From the NCBI GenBank assembly GCA_964421955.1, contig CAYQYU010000002.1, forward strand, positions 1 to 64,000: DNA of 64,000 nucleotides. Reading direction: 5' to 3'. Below the pieces are notes generated by a model, which was not told the DNA's origin, ran no database searches, and saw only the letters and a program-made list of their open reading frames with translations. Positions 10,100 through 19,821 of this stretch are shown piece after piece. Each line of letters starts with the position of its first letter. Position 1 is the stretch's first letter. Both the position numbers and the translations under genes were made by a program. This stretch comes from an uncultured archaeon (GTDB lineage Archaea; Nanohalarchaeota; Nanosalinia; Nanosalinales; Nanosalinaceae).

Positions 10100-11172
10100 A
10101 GGCTGTAATTCCTGTGGCGAAGAAGAAGGATTCAATGTTCCCGTTCTCCGATACCCGGCCCACCGGTTTAATGCCGGTGATGGGGAAGCCGCTGGTGAAA
10201 CACCTGGTATCTACTCTGCAGGACGCGGGAGTCGAGGATATCTACCTCGTGACGAACTACATGGAGGACGAATTTGAGGAAGAGTTTGGAGAGTATACCA
10301 ACGTCAACCTTGTAAGCCAGGAAGAGCTTAGAGGTACTGCGACCGCGGTGGCAACCTGCAGCTTCATCGAGGAGGACTTTCTAGTGGTCAACGGCGATGT
10401 CCTTGTCTCGGAGCGCGATCTGGAATCGCTGCTGGAGAGGCATAATAGCGGTGCGACGATACTTGCTACAGGAACTGACAGTCCGGAGAAGTTCGGAGTC
10501 CTTAGCATAGAGGACGACCGCGTGAAGGCCATAGATGAGAAGCCAGAGGAGGCCGATAACCAGCTGGTAAATACTGGAATCTACGTTTTCACACCCGAGA
10601 TATTTGACATTATAGAGGAATCCGGTGCTGAGGAACTGACTGATGCGGTTGAAGAACTTATAGAGCGGAGAGAGGTGAGGTTCGAGTTCCTGGAGGATTA
10701 CTGGATCGATATCGGATCTCCGAAGAAGCTGCTGAAGGCGGACAGGATAAAGAGAGAGTATGACCTTGAGCCAGAAGACGATGGTGCGGAGGTAAGCGAG
10801 GATGCGGTGGTCGAGAACTCCTACATCGGCGAAGAAGCTGTGCTGGAATCTGGATCAGTTGTCAGGGACAGCTATGTTGCCCCAGAAGCGGTTGTCGGCC
10901 CAAACACTGTTGTCAAGGACTCTACCATTTCCAGGGGTTCCCGGGTTGAAGCGTCGTGTGTAGATTCTTCTCTCGTGTTTGAGGACACGGTCATAGATCC
11001 TTTAGTTTATATCGAGGACACCGTTCTGGGCGAGCAGACAGACATAAAGCCCGGAACCGTTATAAGAGAGTCTTTCATAGGTCCAAGGAGCTTCATAGAA
11101 GTGAACAACTCGATCTATGGCGTAAAGTTTGTGCCAGATGCAAGGACTGACCTGAGTGAGATAAGCAAGTAA
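10096..11172 (+). CDS. sugar-phosphate nucleotidyltransferase homolog with hexapeptide repeats, degenerate active site
   Basis: NGDV, FGV, EKP, NTGIY, WIDIG retained; GxGTR loop replaced by AKKKDSM. Confidence 0.8.
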   Translation: MKAVIPVAKKKDSMFPFSDTRPTGLMPVMGKPLVKHLVSTLQDAGVEDIYLVTNYMEDEFEEEFGEYTNVNLVSQEELRGTATAVATCSFIEEDFLVVNGDVLVSERDLESLLERHNSGATILATGTDSPEKFGVLSIEDDRVKAIDEKPEEADNQLVNTGIYVFTPEIFDIIEESGAEELTDAVEELIERREVRFEFLEDYWIDIGSPKKLLKADRIKREYDLEPEDDGAEVSEDAVVENSYIGEEAVLESGSVVRDSYVAPEAVVGPNTVVKDSTISRGSRVEASCVDSSLVFEDTVIDPLVYIEDTVLGEQTDIKPGTVIRESFIGPRSFIEVNNSIYGVKFVPDARTDLSEISK

Positions 11173-11298
11173 AAGACTATTGAGAGGCCGGGGAAGCGTA
11201 GTTCATAAGCTTTGTTTTTGAGTCTTGAACCTGTCTTCATGCAATATAGAGTTTAAACAAGAAAATAGGTTTTATTCTCCAGGAGGACGTGGAGAAAA

Positions 11299-12729
11299 TT
11301 GGAATACTTGCCTGACCAGCCGGATCTTCCTGAATTGATGCAGGAATACGGGTTCAGCGCCTACGATTTCAGGGGTGCTGAAGTGGATGAAGATGACGCA
11401 TACCGGCTTGGCTTCGCACTCTCCGATTTCTTCGATCCAGGAACGGTGGTAGTGGGCAGAGACCACAGGTCGCGCTCGAAAAGGATGAAGGACGCGCTGA
11501 TCGCCGGGCTCCGGCCTGAGATAGAGGTGGAAGATGTCGGGATGGCTACGACCGACCTGGTCTCTTACACCACTATGGTAAAGGAAACTTCAGGAGGAGT
11601 CGCAGTGACCGCTTCCCACATGCCCCCTGGCTATCATGGTATAAAACCTCTTACCAGCGAAGGCAGAATATTTGACGAAGGAGAGCTCAGGAAGACTCTG
11701 GAACTTTACAGGGAGAACAGTGAAAGGAAGAGTGTATACCCTGAATTCCAAGAGAGACATCTTGGCAAGCCTTACGAGAACTATGTCGAAGCGTTGGTTT
11801 CAAGGTACGATGAGATGTTTGAGGAGGACCTATCCGGCATGCGTATTGGAGTGGACACGGGAAATGGCGTGGGAGTCCTGACACTTCCATTTGCCCTGAA
11901 AAGTCTGGGAGTGGAAGAGGACGATCTCTACCTCGTTAACCAGGAAATCGATCCCGATTTCCCAGGCAGGGATCCTGATCCGGTCAGGGACGAGCTGAGA
12001 GAGCTTTCGGAACTGGTCTTTGAAGAAGAGCTCGATATCGGCCTGGCGCTGGATGGAGATGCAGACCGTGTAGTCTACGTTAACGAGAAAGGTGAAAAGA
12101 TTTCAGGTGATGAATCCCTGGGAATACTCGCCGAGAAATACCTTGAAGGTACTGAAGCAGAACGTCCACTGATTGCCTGTTCGGGAAACACCTCCCAGCT
12201 GGTTGAAGATAAGGTGGTCAGGGCAGGAGGTTTTATGGACTACCAGCCTGTGGGAGCGGTCTTCCCTGCGAAGAGGGCTCTTGAGAACGATGATGTGATT
12301 ATTGGAGGTCAGCCGAACGGCCACTTTCTTGATCCTTCTTTCACCCCGTACGACAGCGGGACGCTTTTTGGAGTTCTGATGCCGGGTGTTATGAAGCAGA
12401 GGCTGAAAAGTCTTGGAGACCTACAGCGAGATTTGCCACAGTATGATATCTCGAGAATGAATTTCGAGACTGGAGAAAAAGAGAAGGCCCTGGAGGTCCT
12501 GAGAAACATGGTGGGGATAAGGGCTGCGGACCGTGACTTCAACGGAATTTACAGGACCAAGATAGGTGGGGGCGCTCTCAGTGATGTCGGTCTCTCCCGC
12601 AATCTTATTTTCAGATCGAGCGGTAGCGAGGATGTGCTACGTCTAACACTGGAGAGCAAGATAAATGCTGAGTTACTGGGTGAGCTGGGAGATGAACTTC
12701 AGAGGGAACTTGAAGAACAAAGCAGTTAA
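11299..12729 (+). CDS. phosphomannomutase/phosphoglucomutase family protein
   Basis: YDFRG, GRDHR, TASHMP, DGDADR, RSSGSE; start uncertain. Confidence 0.88.
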   Translation: MEYLPDQPDLPELMQEYGFSAYDFRGAEVDEDDAYRLGFALSDFFDPGTVVVGRDHRSRSKRMKDALIAGLRPEIEVEDVGMATTDLVSYTTMVKETSGGVAVTASHMPPGYHGIKPLTSEGRIFDEGELRKTLELYRENSERKSVYPEFQERHLGKPYENYVEALVSRYDEMFEEDLSGMRIGVDTGNGVGVLTLPFALKSLGVEEDDLYLVNQEIDPDFPGRDPDPVRDELRELSELVFEEELDIGLALDGDADRVVYVNEKGEKISGDESLGILAEKYLEGTEAERPLIACSGNTSQLVEDKVVRAGGFMDYQPVGAVFPAKRALENDDVIIGGQPNGHFLDPSFTPYDSGTLFGVLMPGVMKQRLKSLGDLQRDLPQYDISRMNFETGEKEKALEVLRNMVGIRAADRDFNGIYRTKIGGGALSDVGLSRNLIFRSSGSEDVLRLTLESKINAELLGELGDELQRELEEQSS

Positions 12730-12762
12730 AATTGACCCTGCCAACATCCTACAGGTGAATAT

Positions 12763-13974
12763 ATGAAGGCAGTTCTTCTTGCAGCGGGAGAAGGAACCAG
12801 GATGCGGCCTCTAACCGGGGACACGCCGAAACCTCTGCTGCCTGTTGCAGGGAAACCCATTATCCAGCACACAATCGACAGTATTGAGGGCCTTGTCGAT
12901 GAGATAATAGTTGTCGCGGGGTACAGGAAGGAACAGGTCGAAGAATACTTTTCCGGGACCAGTATCAGGGTTATCGAACAGGAAGAAGCTCTCGGAACCG
13001 CGGACGCGGCTCTCCAGGCCCAAGAACACGTTGACGGTAAGACGCTGATAATAAACGGTGACGACATCTACAGGGTGAATGAGAGGGAGCTGGAGGAAGC
13101 TGAGACCGCTATAGTTTCGGGTAGAGTTGATAACCCAGGGGGCTACGGAGTTCTTGAGGTGGATGGAGATCGAATCGTATCCATCGAGGAGAAGCCGGAA
13201 AACCCGTCTTCAGATCTTGTCAACACAGGATTTTACCTGGTCCAGGAGGATTTTTTCTCCCTGCTGGACGATGTCGAGGAATCAGATAGAGGAGAATATG
13301 AGATCACCGATGCCCTTGAAAAATACATCGAAAACCGGGGAATAAAGCCTGTAGAGGCCGATATCTGGATTCCCTGCAGCTATCCCTGGCAGCTCGTTGA
13401 AGCGAACCAGAAGTTGATCCAGGAGGTCGAGGGAAACATAGCTGGAGAGGTTGCGGAGACTGCGGAGATATCGGGCGAGGTCATAATTGAAGCCGGCGCC
13501 AGGGTGGAGTCCCAGACCGTTATAGAGGGGCCGGCGATCATCAGGTCCGGTGCAGAAGTTGGTCCGCATGCGTATATCAGGCCGGGAACAGTTGTTCACA
13601 GGGACGTGGAGATCGGCTCCTCCGAGGTCAAGAACTCCGTTTTCAGGGAGGGTGCGGCTGCACCTCACTTCAACTACGTTGGGGATTCATACCTCGGGAA
13701 GGACGTAAATCTCGGTGCGGGAACAAAGACCGCGAACAAGAGGAACGACTCCCGCGATATCAGGGTGGAAGTCAAGGGAGAGCTCGTGGAGTCGGGAAGA
13801 AGCAAGCTCGGTACATTCATAGGTAGCGGGGCGAGGATAGGTGTTAACTGCTCTATCAACCCTGGCACAAAGATCGGGACGGGCGCGATCACGGACAGCA
13901 ACGAGAAGATTTCAAGAAACCTTGAATCGAACGTCGCACTTGTGGACGGTGAGATCCGTGAAAATAGGAATTGA
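12763..13974 (+). CDS. glmU: bifunctional sugar-1-phosphate nucleotidyltransferase/acetyltransferase (archaeal GlmU)
   Basis: LAAGEGTRMRPLT..PKPL, RGEYEITD, PHFNYVGDS, NLGAGT, hexapeptide repeats. Confidence 0.9.
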   Translation: MKAVLLAAGEGTRMRPLTGDTPKPLLPVAGKPIIQHTIDSIEGLVDEIIVVAGYRKEQVEEYFSGTSIRVIEQEEALGTADAALQAQEHVDGKTLIINGDDIYRVNERELEEAETAIVSGRVDNPGGYGVLEVDGDRIVSIEEKPENPSSDLVNTGFYLVQEDFFSLLDDVEESDRGEYEITDALEKYIENRGIKPVEADIWIPCSYPWQLVEANQKLIQEVEGNIAGEVAETAEISGEVIIEAGARVESQTVIEGPAIIRSGAEVGPHAYIRPGTVVHRDVEIGSSEVKNSVFREGAAAPHFNYVGDSYLGKDVNLGAGTKTANKRNDSRDIRVEVKGELVESGRSKLGTFIGSGARIGVNCSINPGTKIGTGAITDSNEKISRNLESNVALVDGEIRENRN

Positions 13975-14452
13975 CTTCGACCGGGTTCTTTTCAGGACGG
14001 GCGACTTCAAGGACTTTCTGGACGACAGGATAGACGGATTCATAGAGACCTATCCCGAGAAAGGAGTATATGATCCAGAGCTGCACGCGAAAAATCTGGG
14101 TGTCAGTAGTGGAAGAATACTTCAGGCTCTCGAACGGTCCTCGGACTTCATGTATGGTGATCTGGACAAGCTTGAAAAACTGGACAGGCATGAACTGGTG
14201 CTTGTGACGCGGGGAGATATAGAGTTCCAGAAGCTGAAAGTGAAATATTCCGGGATCCTTGAATACATCGACAGAGTTGTGATAGTTAACAGTGGGCCTA
14301 AAGATCAGGTGGATATAGACCTTCTCGTGGACGACAGGAAGTCTGAGATTGACCGGGTCGATGTTGAAGGGTTCCAGTTCGACAGGGAGGAGCATTCTCT
14401 TGAAGACGTGGTCGAGTGGGTGAAACGGCTTGAAGCCCGAAAAAGTGTTTAG
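13958..14452 (+). CDS. HAD-superfamily hydrolase
   Basis: GTG start at 13958; IGIDFDRVLF motif I, VTRG, LVDDR. Confidence 0.8.
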   Translation: MKIGIDFDRVLFRTGDFKDFLDDRIDGFIETYPEKGVYDPELHAKNLGVSSGRILQALERSSDFMYGDLDKLEKLDRHELVLVTRGDIEFQKLKVKYSGILEYIDRVVIVNSGPKDQVDIDLLVDDRKSEIDRVDVEGFQFDREEHSLEDVVEWVKRLEARKSV

Positions 14453-15740
14453 GAGATATGACGTAAGAGGCAGCTACCCCGGAGAAATTGATGAAGAGTT
14501 CGCGGAGAGACTGGGGAAGGCTCTCGGAACTTTTTCCAGAAGAAACTATTCCCGAGAGGTGGTTGTCGGAAAGGATACCAAGCAGTCCTCAGGAGATCTG
14601 AAAAGATCATTTATCCGGGGACTGAGAAAGGTGGGAGTATCGGGGCTGGACGCTGGTACAGGACCGACGGACTACGTTGCATTTGCGGGGAAGAAGGAGG
14701 GATGTGTATCAGTCCAGGTAACCTCGTCGCATCTCCCGCTGGATACCAATGGCTTCAAGTTCATGTACCCGGAAGGAAACGGCTTCCTCAACGAGGATCT
14801 CTACAGAATCCAGGACATTTTCCGGGAGCAGAACTTTGAAACAGGCAGAGGTGAAACGGTCGAACTGGAAACCATAAGGGACACGTACTTCCGCGAGATG
14901 AAGAATTACTTCCACCAGAACTTTGACTCGACGGGAAAGAAAGTGGTTGTAGAAACGCTGGGGGGTGCCGCAACGGGTTTCCTTCCAGAACTGCTCGAAT
15001 CAGTCGGCGCTGAGGTAATCGATATCGCATCGGAAAAAAATGCTGGCGGCCCATACATCAATCCTCCAGACCCTGAACCTCACCGAATGGGACACGTAGA
15101 GAGAAAGGTTGAAGAGGAAGACGCCGACCTCGCTGTCGTGACCGACATGGATGCCGACCGGGTAAGAGTTTACCACGGCGGCGACTGGTTGACCGGCGAT
15201 GAACTGTTCGCGATACTTGCACGGGAAATTGACAGTGATGTGGTCGCGTCGATTGACACCTCCCAGGCGGTCGAGGAGGTTGTCGAGAAACAGGGTCACG
15301 AGGTGGATTATACCCGGGTTGGCGATCCATTTGTGGTTGACAGGGCGCTCGAAAATAGGGTCTCACTAGCGGGCGAGCCGAACGGCCACTACTGCTTCCC
15401 GGAATTCGTGGCATACAACTCCGGAATTCTCTCGGCACTTCTGGTCGCGGGCCTCGATATCTATGAATCTCTCGACAGTATACCGGAGTACTACACTGAA
15501 GCTGAAAAGGTAGAGGTCGGGGGGAAAGAGAAGAGGATGGCCGCAGTTGTCAACCATGTCATCGACAACTACGAGGTTGTCTCGGATATTGACGGCATAA
15601 AGTTCAGGCACGGTGACACATCAGTTCTCATAAGGTCCTCGGGTTCCTCGCCCTATATCAGGATCAAGACCGACTCGAAGTCTTCGAAAGAGGCGCTTGA
15701 AGCAGTGGATCTCGCGAAAGAAATAATCCGGAACCCATAA
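14430..15740 (+). CDS. phosphohexomutase (PMM/PGM/GlmM family)
   Basis: YDVRG, TSSHLP, DMDADR, RVGD, GEPNGH, RSSGS. Confidence 0.9.
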   Translation: MKPEKVFRRYDVRGSYPGEIDEEFAERLGKALGTFSRRNYSREVVVGKDTKQSSGDLKRSFIRGLRKVGVSGLDAGTGPTDYVAFAGKKEGCVSVQVTSSHLPLDTNGFKFMYPEGNGFLNEDLYRIQDIFREQNFETGRGETVELETIRDTYFREMKNYFHQNFDSTGKKVVVETLGGAATGFLPELLESVGAEVIDIASEKNAGGPYINPPDPEPHRMGHVERKVEEEDADLAVVTDMDADRVRVYHGGDWLTGDELFAILAREIDSDVVASIDTSQAVEEVVEKQGHEVDYTRVGDPFVVDRALENRVSLAGEPNGHYCFPEFVAYNSGILSALLVAGLDIYESLDSIPEYYTEAEKVEVGGKEKRMAAVVNHVIDNYEVVSDIDGIKFRHGDTSVLIRSSGSSPYIRIKTDSKSSKEALEAVDLAKEIIRNP

Positions 15741-15765
15741 AACTCTCTTCGCACAAGGGTTCTAT

Positions 15766-15981
15766 ATGCCGGAGACGCTTTACGAATTCAATGACGGTCC
15801 CTATGACATTCTGGACTTTTCAGTTGAAACTGATGATGGAAAAGTGGTTATAGAACTCAACGATGGCGACCTCGGGAGGCTGCCGATCGAGTCGATGGAC
15901 GCGGTTGAGCACCTCAGAGAGGCGCTTGAAGAGGTTGAGGCGCATTTCAAGCAGTTGAAGAGGAGGCAGGAAGAACTCTAG
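15766..15981 (+). CDS. hypothetical protein
   Basis: 71-aa acidic ORF. Confidence 0.7.
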   Translation: MPETLYEFNDGPYDILDFSVETDDGKVVIELNDGDLGRLPIESMDAVEHLREALEEVEAHFKQLKRRQEEL

Positions 15982-15984
15982 ATA

Positions 15985-16470
15985 TCAGGGTTCAAAGGTT
16001 GCGGTGCATTTAAGGTAGTAGTGTGTCTTGGTGTTGCCGTTGCACCTGCTGTCAACGTATAGAGGAGGTGTCGAGTTCACACAGGACGAGACAGTTGCCT
16101 GTCTCTGGGTGCTCTCGTCCCATCCATAGGTGGGATCCTTGTAGATGCAGTTGCATGTCCTGTAGGAATCAATCTCGCCTTCAACATCAAGAATACTGTC
16201 ACGGGTCCTGTCAAGATTACATGATTTTATCTGTAGCTTCCCTGCCTCGCTGTCCATGGCGTGCTCCGAAATCCTGTTCTGGCCAGTGTAGTTCGTGAGC
16301 TCTCCCTTGACCCTGACCTTCTCGCCGGTGTAGTACTCCGGGTTCTCAACAACTTCCCCCAGCGGATCGTACCTGAGCTTTTCCGCCAAGTCCTGCTGGC
16401 TGTTATCTTGGCCGTCCAGGTGAACATTGATGACATAGTTGCTCCCGACTATCACAAGACTAAGAAACAC
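15985..16470 (-). CDS. putative exported Cys-rich protein with an OB-fold-like segment
   Basis: Hydrophobic N-terminus, NPEYYTGEKVRVKGEL, six Cys; start uncertain. Confidence 0.55.
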   Translation of the reverse strand: MFLSLVIVGSNYVINVHLDGQDNSQQDLAEKLRYDPLGEVVENPEYYTGEKVRVKGELTNYTGQNRISEHAMDSEAGKLQIKSCNLDRTRDSILDVEGEIDSYRTCNCIYKDPTYGWDESTQRQATVSSCVNSTPPLYVDSRCNGNTKTHYYLKCTATFEP

Positions 16471-16661
16471 TAGTTCCCATAACTCGATAGATTTCCCCCT
16501 CCTGACAACCAGAGATTATTTCCTGCCCAATAAATAACTTCGACATCGAAGATTCAGTAGAATCTTCTGGACTCTCAAACTCTTCTTGAACGATCAACTC
16601 TCACAGGGTTCGAGTAGACAGTGAAAATAAAGAAAGAGAAAAGTGGGTTAAGGCAGAGACC

Positions 16662-16829
16662 TTAAACGTCTCGTGCCTTTACTGTTCTGCGTCCGTTTGC
16701 TTCTGCTCTCTCTACAGCTGCGTTGATTAGACTCTTCACTTCGTTGTCTAGAGCGCTGTAGAAGTCAGAACCGACGTTCACTCCGCTTGCTGCGTCGCGG
16801 ACGCCAGACTTTTTGAGTACATCTACCAT
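16662..16829 (-). CDS. 55-aa minimal histone-fold protein (DUF1931-like; not in ORF track)
   Basis: MVDVLKKSGVRDAASGVNVGSDFYSALDNEVKSLINAAVERAEANGRRTVKARDV; GGTGA SD upstream and T-rich tract downstream. Confidence 0.9.
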   Translation of the reverse strand: MVDVLKKSGVRDAASGVNVGSDFYSALDNEVKSLINAAVERAEANGRRTVKARDV

Positions 16830-16977
16830 GGCTATTCACCAATTAGCTATTGTAGAGAGGGTTTTTTATAGGTATGGGACCTACGGCCTCTAAAACAGGT
16901 TGTCCCGACCTGTGGGCACGATTCTGTTATTCCGGCCTGATGAAAAATAAAACTTAAATACCCTCTATTAGTCGCCG

Positions 16978-17835
16978 TCAAAGCTGCCTGGCGATATTTC
17001 TTCCTTTATAAATTATTGCCCCGATCACCAGGAACGGCAGCAGGTAGCCGAGCCCGACTATGATCAGGTTCAGGCTGCTGAATATCGCGCGGTATGCGTT
17101 CATGAACGACTCCCTTAGGTCGAATTCGGTGGTCAGGGACTCAGGTTCCTCGAAGTTTACCGTGACCTCTGTGTATTCTATTCTCCTGTCGAGGCCGGTG
17201 AGCTGGTTCTCCAGGTACTGTATCCGTGAACGCAGGTGAGACATCCGGTCCTGAATTTCTATGAGGTCGCTGGTATCGTTTGTCCTGTTGATAAGTTTCT
17301 CGAGCTGCCGCAGTTCCTGTCGCCTGTTCCTTAGCTCAAGTTCAATCTCGGTATACCGGTCGGTGACGTCGTCACTGTTCTTCTGGCTGGATTTCACTTC
17401 CCAGTTCTGCTCAAGTGCGTCAAGGAATGCAGTGACGTTTTCCTCCGGAACCCTGACTGCCAGAGTTCCCCTTGTATCCGTTTCTCGGCTGAAAGAGCTG
17501 GAGTCAACAATCCCGGCGTATTCCTCTGTAAATTGCTGTACTCCGTTCATCGCCTCTTCCACGTCAGGCACCTCAAGGTCTATATTGTACCGGGTTATTC
17601 TCTTCCTCTCAGTTGATGATCCCGAAGCACCATCACTCTCCGCACCTGAGGGTGCGTCGGCAGAGTAGCCCAGGGAAGATGATGATTTCAGTTCCTGTCT
17701 TGCAGGGGATGAGAAATCTTCCTGTGTGTTTCCAAGTCCGGTGAACTGGGATGCCACGCCAATAGCAAGTGCGAGAAAGAGTACAAGTGCCGCGGCCAGA
17801 TATCTCCGGTCTACAAAATCTTCCAGCGCTTCCAT
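16978..17835 (-). CDS. DUF4349 family membrane protein
   Basis: N-terminal TM, DDVTDRYTE, coiled coil, IEYTEVTV, C-terminal TM LLPFL. Confidence 0.85.
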   Translation of the reverse strand: MEALEDFVDRRYLAAALVLFLALAIGVASQFTGLGNTQEDFSSPARQELKSSSSLGYSADAPSGAESDGASGSSTERKRITRYNIDLEVPDVEEAMNGVQQFTEEYAGIVDSSSFSRETDTRGTLAVRVPEENVTAFLDALEQNWEVKSSQKNSDDVTDRYTEIELELRNRRQELRQLEKLINRTNDTSDLIEIQDRMSHLRSRIQYLENQLTGLDRRIEYTEVTVNFEEPESLTTEFDLRESFMNAYRAIFSSLNLIIVGLGYLLPFLVIGAIIYKGRNIARQL

Positions 17836-17877
17836 ACACTATGAATCTTGATCTGAACTTATAAACCGATGGCTTCT

Positions 17878-17895
17878 GTTCGATGATTATCGAAC
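17878..17895. promoter_or_regulatory. perfect 7-4-7 palindrome GTTCGAT-gatt-ATCGAAC between divergent DUF4349 and regulator genes
   Basis: 12 bp upstream of the DUF4349 TATA (17859-17865), and close to the regulator's own TATA. Confidence 0.75.
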
Positions 17896-17938
17896 CTAGA
17901 TGTTAAAGTAAAAAACAGTTCCTCCTCAGAAAAAGAGT

Positions 17939-18490
17939 ATGGAACTTGACTTCGGCACCGTGAAAGCTCTCTCCTCACCCACCAGGATAAAGATACTCAA
18001 CCAGGTGCTTGAGGAGGAGTCTACGCCAACGAGCCTGAGCAATAGCCTCGGCAAGAGCAAGTCAACGGTTTCCTCGCATCTTGAAACGCTTGTGGAAGCC
18101 GGGCTTGTAGACAGGGACGCGGAGGAGGGCCGCCGCCGGGTGGTTTACCAGCCTACCAGGAAGGCGCAGCATATCGTGAACGGGAGAGAGAAGCGGGTAA
18201 AATTCTCGCTGACTTCCTCGATAGTCTCGGGTTTTGTCGGTGTCACGCTTGTGGGGAGCCAGGTCTTCTCAAGTATAAAGTCCGCATCGGGCACATTCCA
18301 GTCACAGGGAGAGGCCGGGATTTCAGCAATGACCGCCGAGGGCATGGACACGGCGGCGAGAGGTGCGGAGGCGGCTTCACAGGGAGCATTCGATCCAGGT
18401 ATGGCAATACTCGCCTCGGGAATCGGTCTGCTGGGCCTGAGCGCTGCCGCTTTCCTCTACGGAATCGCAATGAGGAAGCTCGGTCGGTGA
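17939..18490 (+). CDS. ArsR-like winged-helix regulator with two C-terminal TM helices
   Basis: KALSSPTRIKIL...KSTVSSHLETLVEAGLV, then two hydrophobic segments. Confidence 0.85.
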   Translation: MELDFGTVKALSSPTRIKILNQVLEEESTPTSLSNSLGKSKSTVSSHLETLVEAGLVDRDAEEGRRRVVYQPTRKAQHIVNGREKRVKFSLTSSIVSGFVGVTLVGSQVFSSIKSASGTFQSQGEAGISAMTAEGMDTAARGAEAASQGAFDPGMAILASGIGLLGLSAAAFLYGIAMRKLGR

Positions 18491-18626
18491 TGTATCGGGG
18501 GTTACTCTTGAGGCCGGGTGGAAGTAAGATATTAAACTGTGGAGAGATAATTCTGTTTAGAAGCTTTCAACACCACCAAGAGCTCCAGTAAAAAGGAAAT
18601 GACAAGTTTTTCTTGTGAACAACATT

Positions 18627-19073
18627 ATGGCAACCTGTGAACTTTGCGGACAATCGACTGATTCTGTGTCAAAAGTCAAAATCGAAGGAGCCGTGCTGAA
18701 GGTCTGTAGCTCATGCAAAGACCTTGGTGAAGAAGTCAGCGGCGGCAAGAAGAAAAAGAGGAAGACCCGGAAGAAATCCCAGGGGTCCAGAGAAGAGAAC
18801 ATCCTTGCCTCGGATTATGGTAAACGCGTCAAGGAGGCCCGGGAAGAGGAAGGCATCTCGATCAGTGAGCTGGCGGAAGAGCTGAACGAGAAATCGTCGC
18901 TCATAAGCAAGATTGAGAAACAGGACCTGAAGCCCGATAAATCGCTCGCCGAAAAGCTCTCGAAAAGACTCGAGATAACTCTCTATACCAATCCCGAGGT
19001 AACTGATTACGATTCCCCCGAAGGCGACTCGAGGAAGGCAACCCTTGAGGACGTGGCGAACGTAAAGGACTAG
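18627..19073 (+). CDS. mbf1: archaeal multiprotein bridging factor aMBF1
   Basis: CELCG...VCSSC zinc ribbon, Cro-type HTH, C-terminal TLEDV. Confidence 0.9.
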   Translation: MATCELCGQSTDSVSKVKIEGAVLKVCSSCKDLGEEVSGGKKKKRKTRKKSQGSREENILASDYGKRVKEAREEEGISISELAEELNEKSSLISKIEKQDLKPDKSLAEKLSKRLEITLYTNPEVTDYDSPEGDSRKATLEDVANVKD

Positions 19074-19534
19074 ATTTTGAACTCCTGGTCCAGCATCAGG
19101 TGTGACAGCAGCCCGACTCCCAGCGCGATACCGGGGATAGGAGTTGCGACCACGAATATTCCTGCGATGGTCGCCAGGGACATGGCCGTAACAGCGAAAC
19201 TAAGTGTGTGCGTGATGCCACGGTGCCTGATTTCGAGCCGGGAGAGCAGGAGGTAGACTCCAAGGAATGCCGCGATCGCCGCAGCGAAGCGGAACGGGAC
19301 AGGCAATGGTAGAAGAAAGGTCACGAGTCCGGCCGCGACGCTCAGGAATGACTTGACCGCCCGGTGAACGTAGGAATTCTTGTGGTCGATATCAGGAATT
19401 ATCGAGCCAAGGAAGACCGCGAGAACGGAGATCGCTACCTCGACTTCTCCGAGCACGAGAAGGTCTTTCAGGCCGTACGCCACGAATACTGCGACAAGCA
19501 GTCCAAAAAGCACGTGCTCGCTGAAGTCACCCAT
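19070..19534 (-). CDS. membrane metal-dependent hydrolase (YdjM-like)
   Basis: PDIDH, HRGITHT, SHLMLD, hydrophobic. Confidence 0.85.
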   Translation of the reverse strand: MGDFSEHVLFGLLVAVFVAYGLKDLLVLGEVEVAISVLAVFLGSIIPDIDHKNSYVHRAVKSFLSVAAGLVTFLLPLPVPFRFAAAIAAFLGVYLLLSRLEIRHRGITHTLSFAVTAMSLATIAGIFVVATPIPGIALGVGLLSHLMLDQEFKI

Positions 19535-19821
19535 CCTGAACTATTTCTCGATCCTGGCTTAAGTTTCCGTTGCAAACCACCCTTAGACCGTGGAGGATGA
19601 CCTCCCCACTGGGCCCGCAGACGTCTAGCTCCGACCCCTCAGACGCAAATTTAAAAATCTCAGGGCTCAAGGCCTTTTTGACGTGATCTAATGCAGGGTG
19701 GGCGTTTTCACTCCGGCAAGCTTTGCAGCCCCTGAAGACCTTCTGGACAGTTCAAGTTCTACCCGATGGGAAAACCGGTTTAAAATCCCGCAGAGTAAAC
19801 CCGTTTCAGGAGTTGGGCAGA

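Noticed and set aside
19535-19821. SRP RNA or RNase P RNA
   Set aside because: No SRP helix-8 motif and no GAGGAAAGTCC...ACAGAA P4 signature on either strand.
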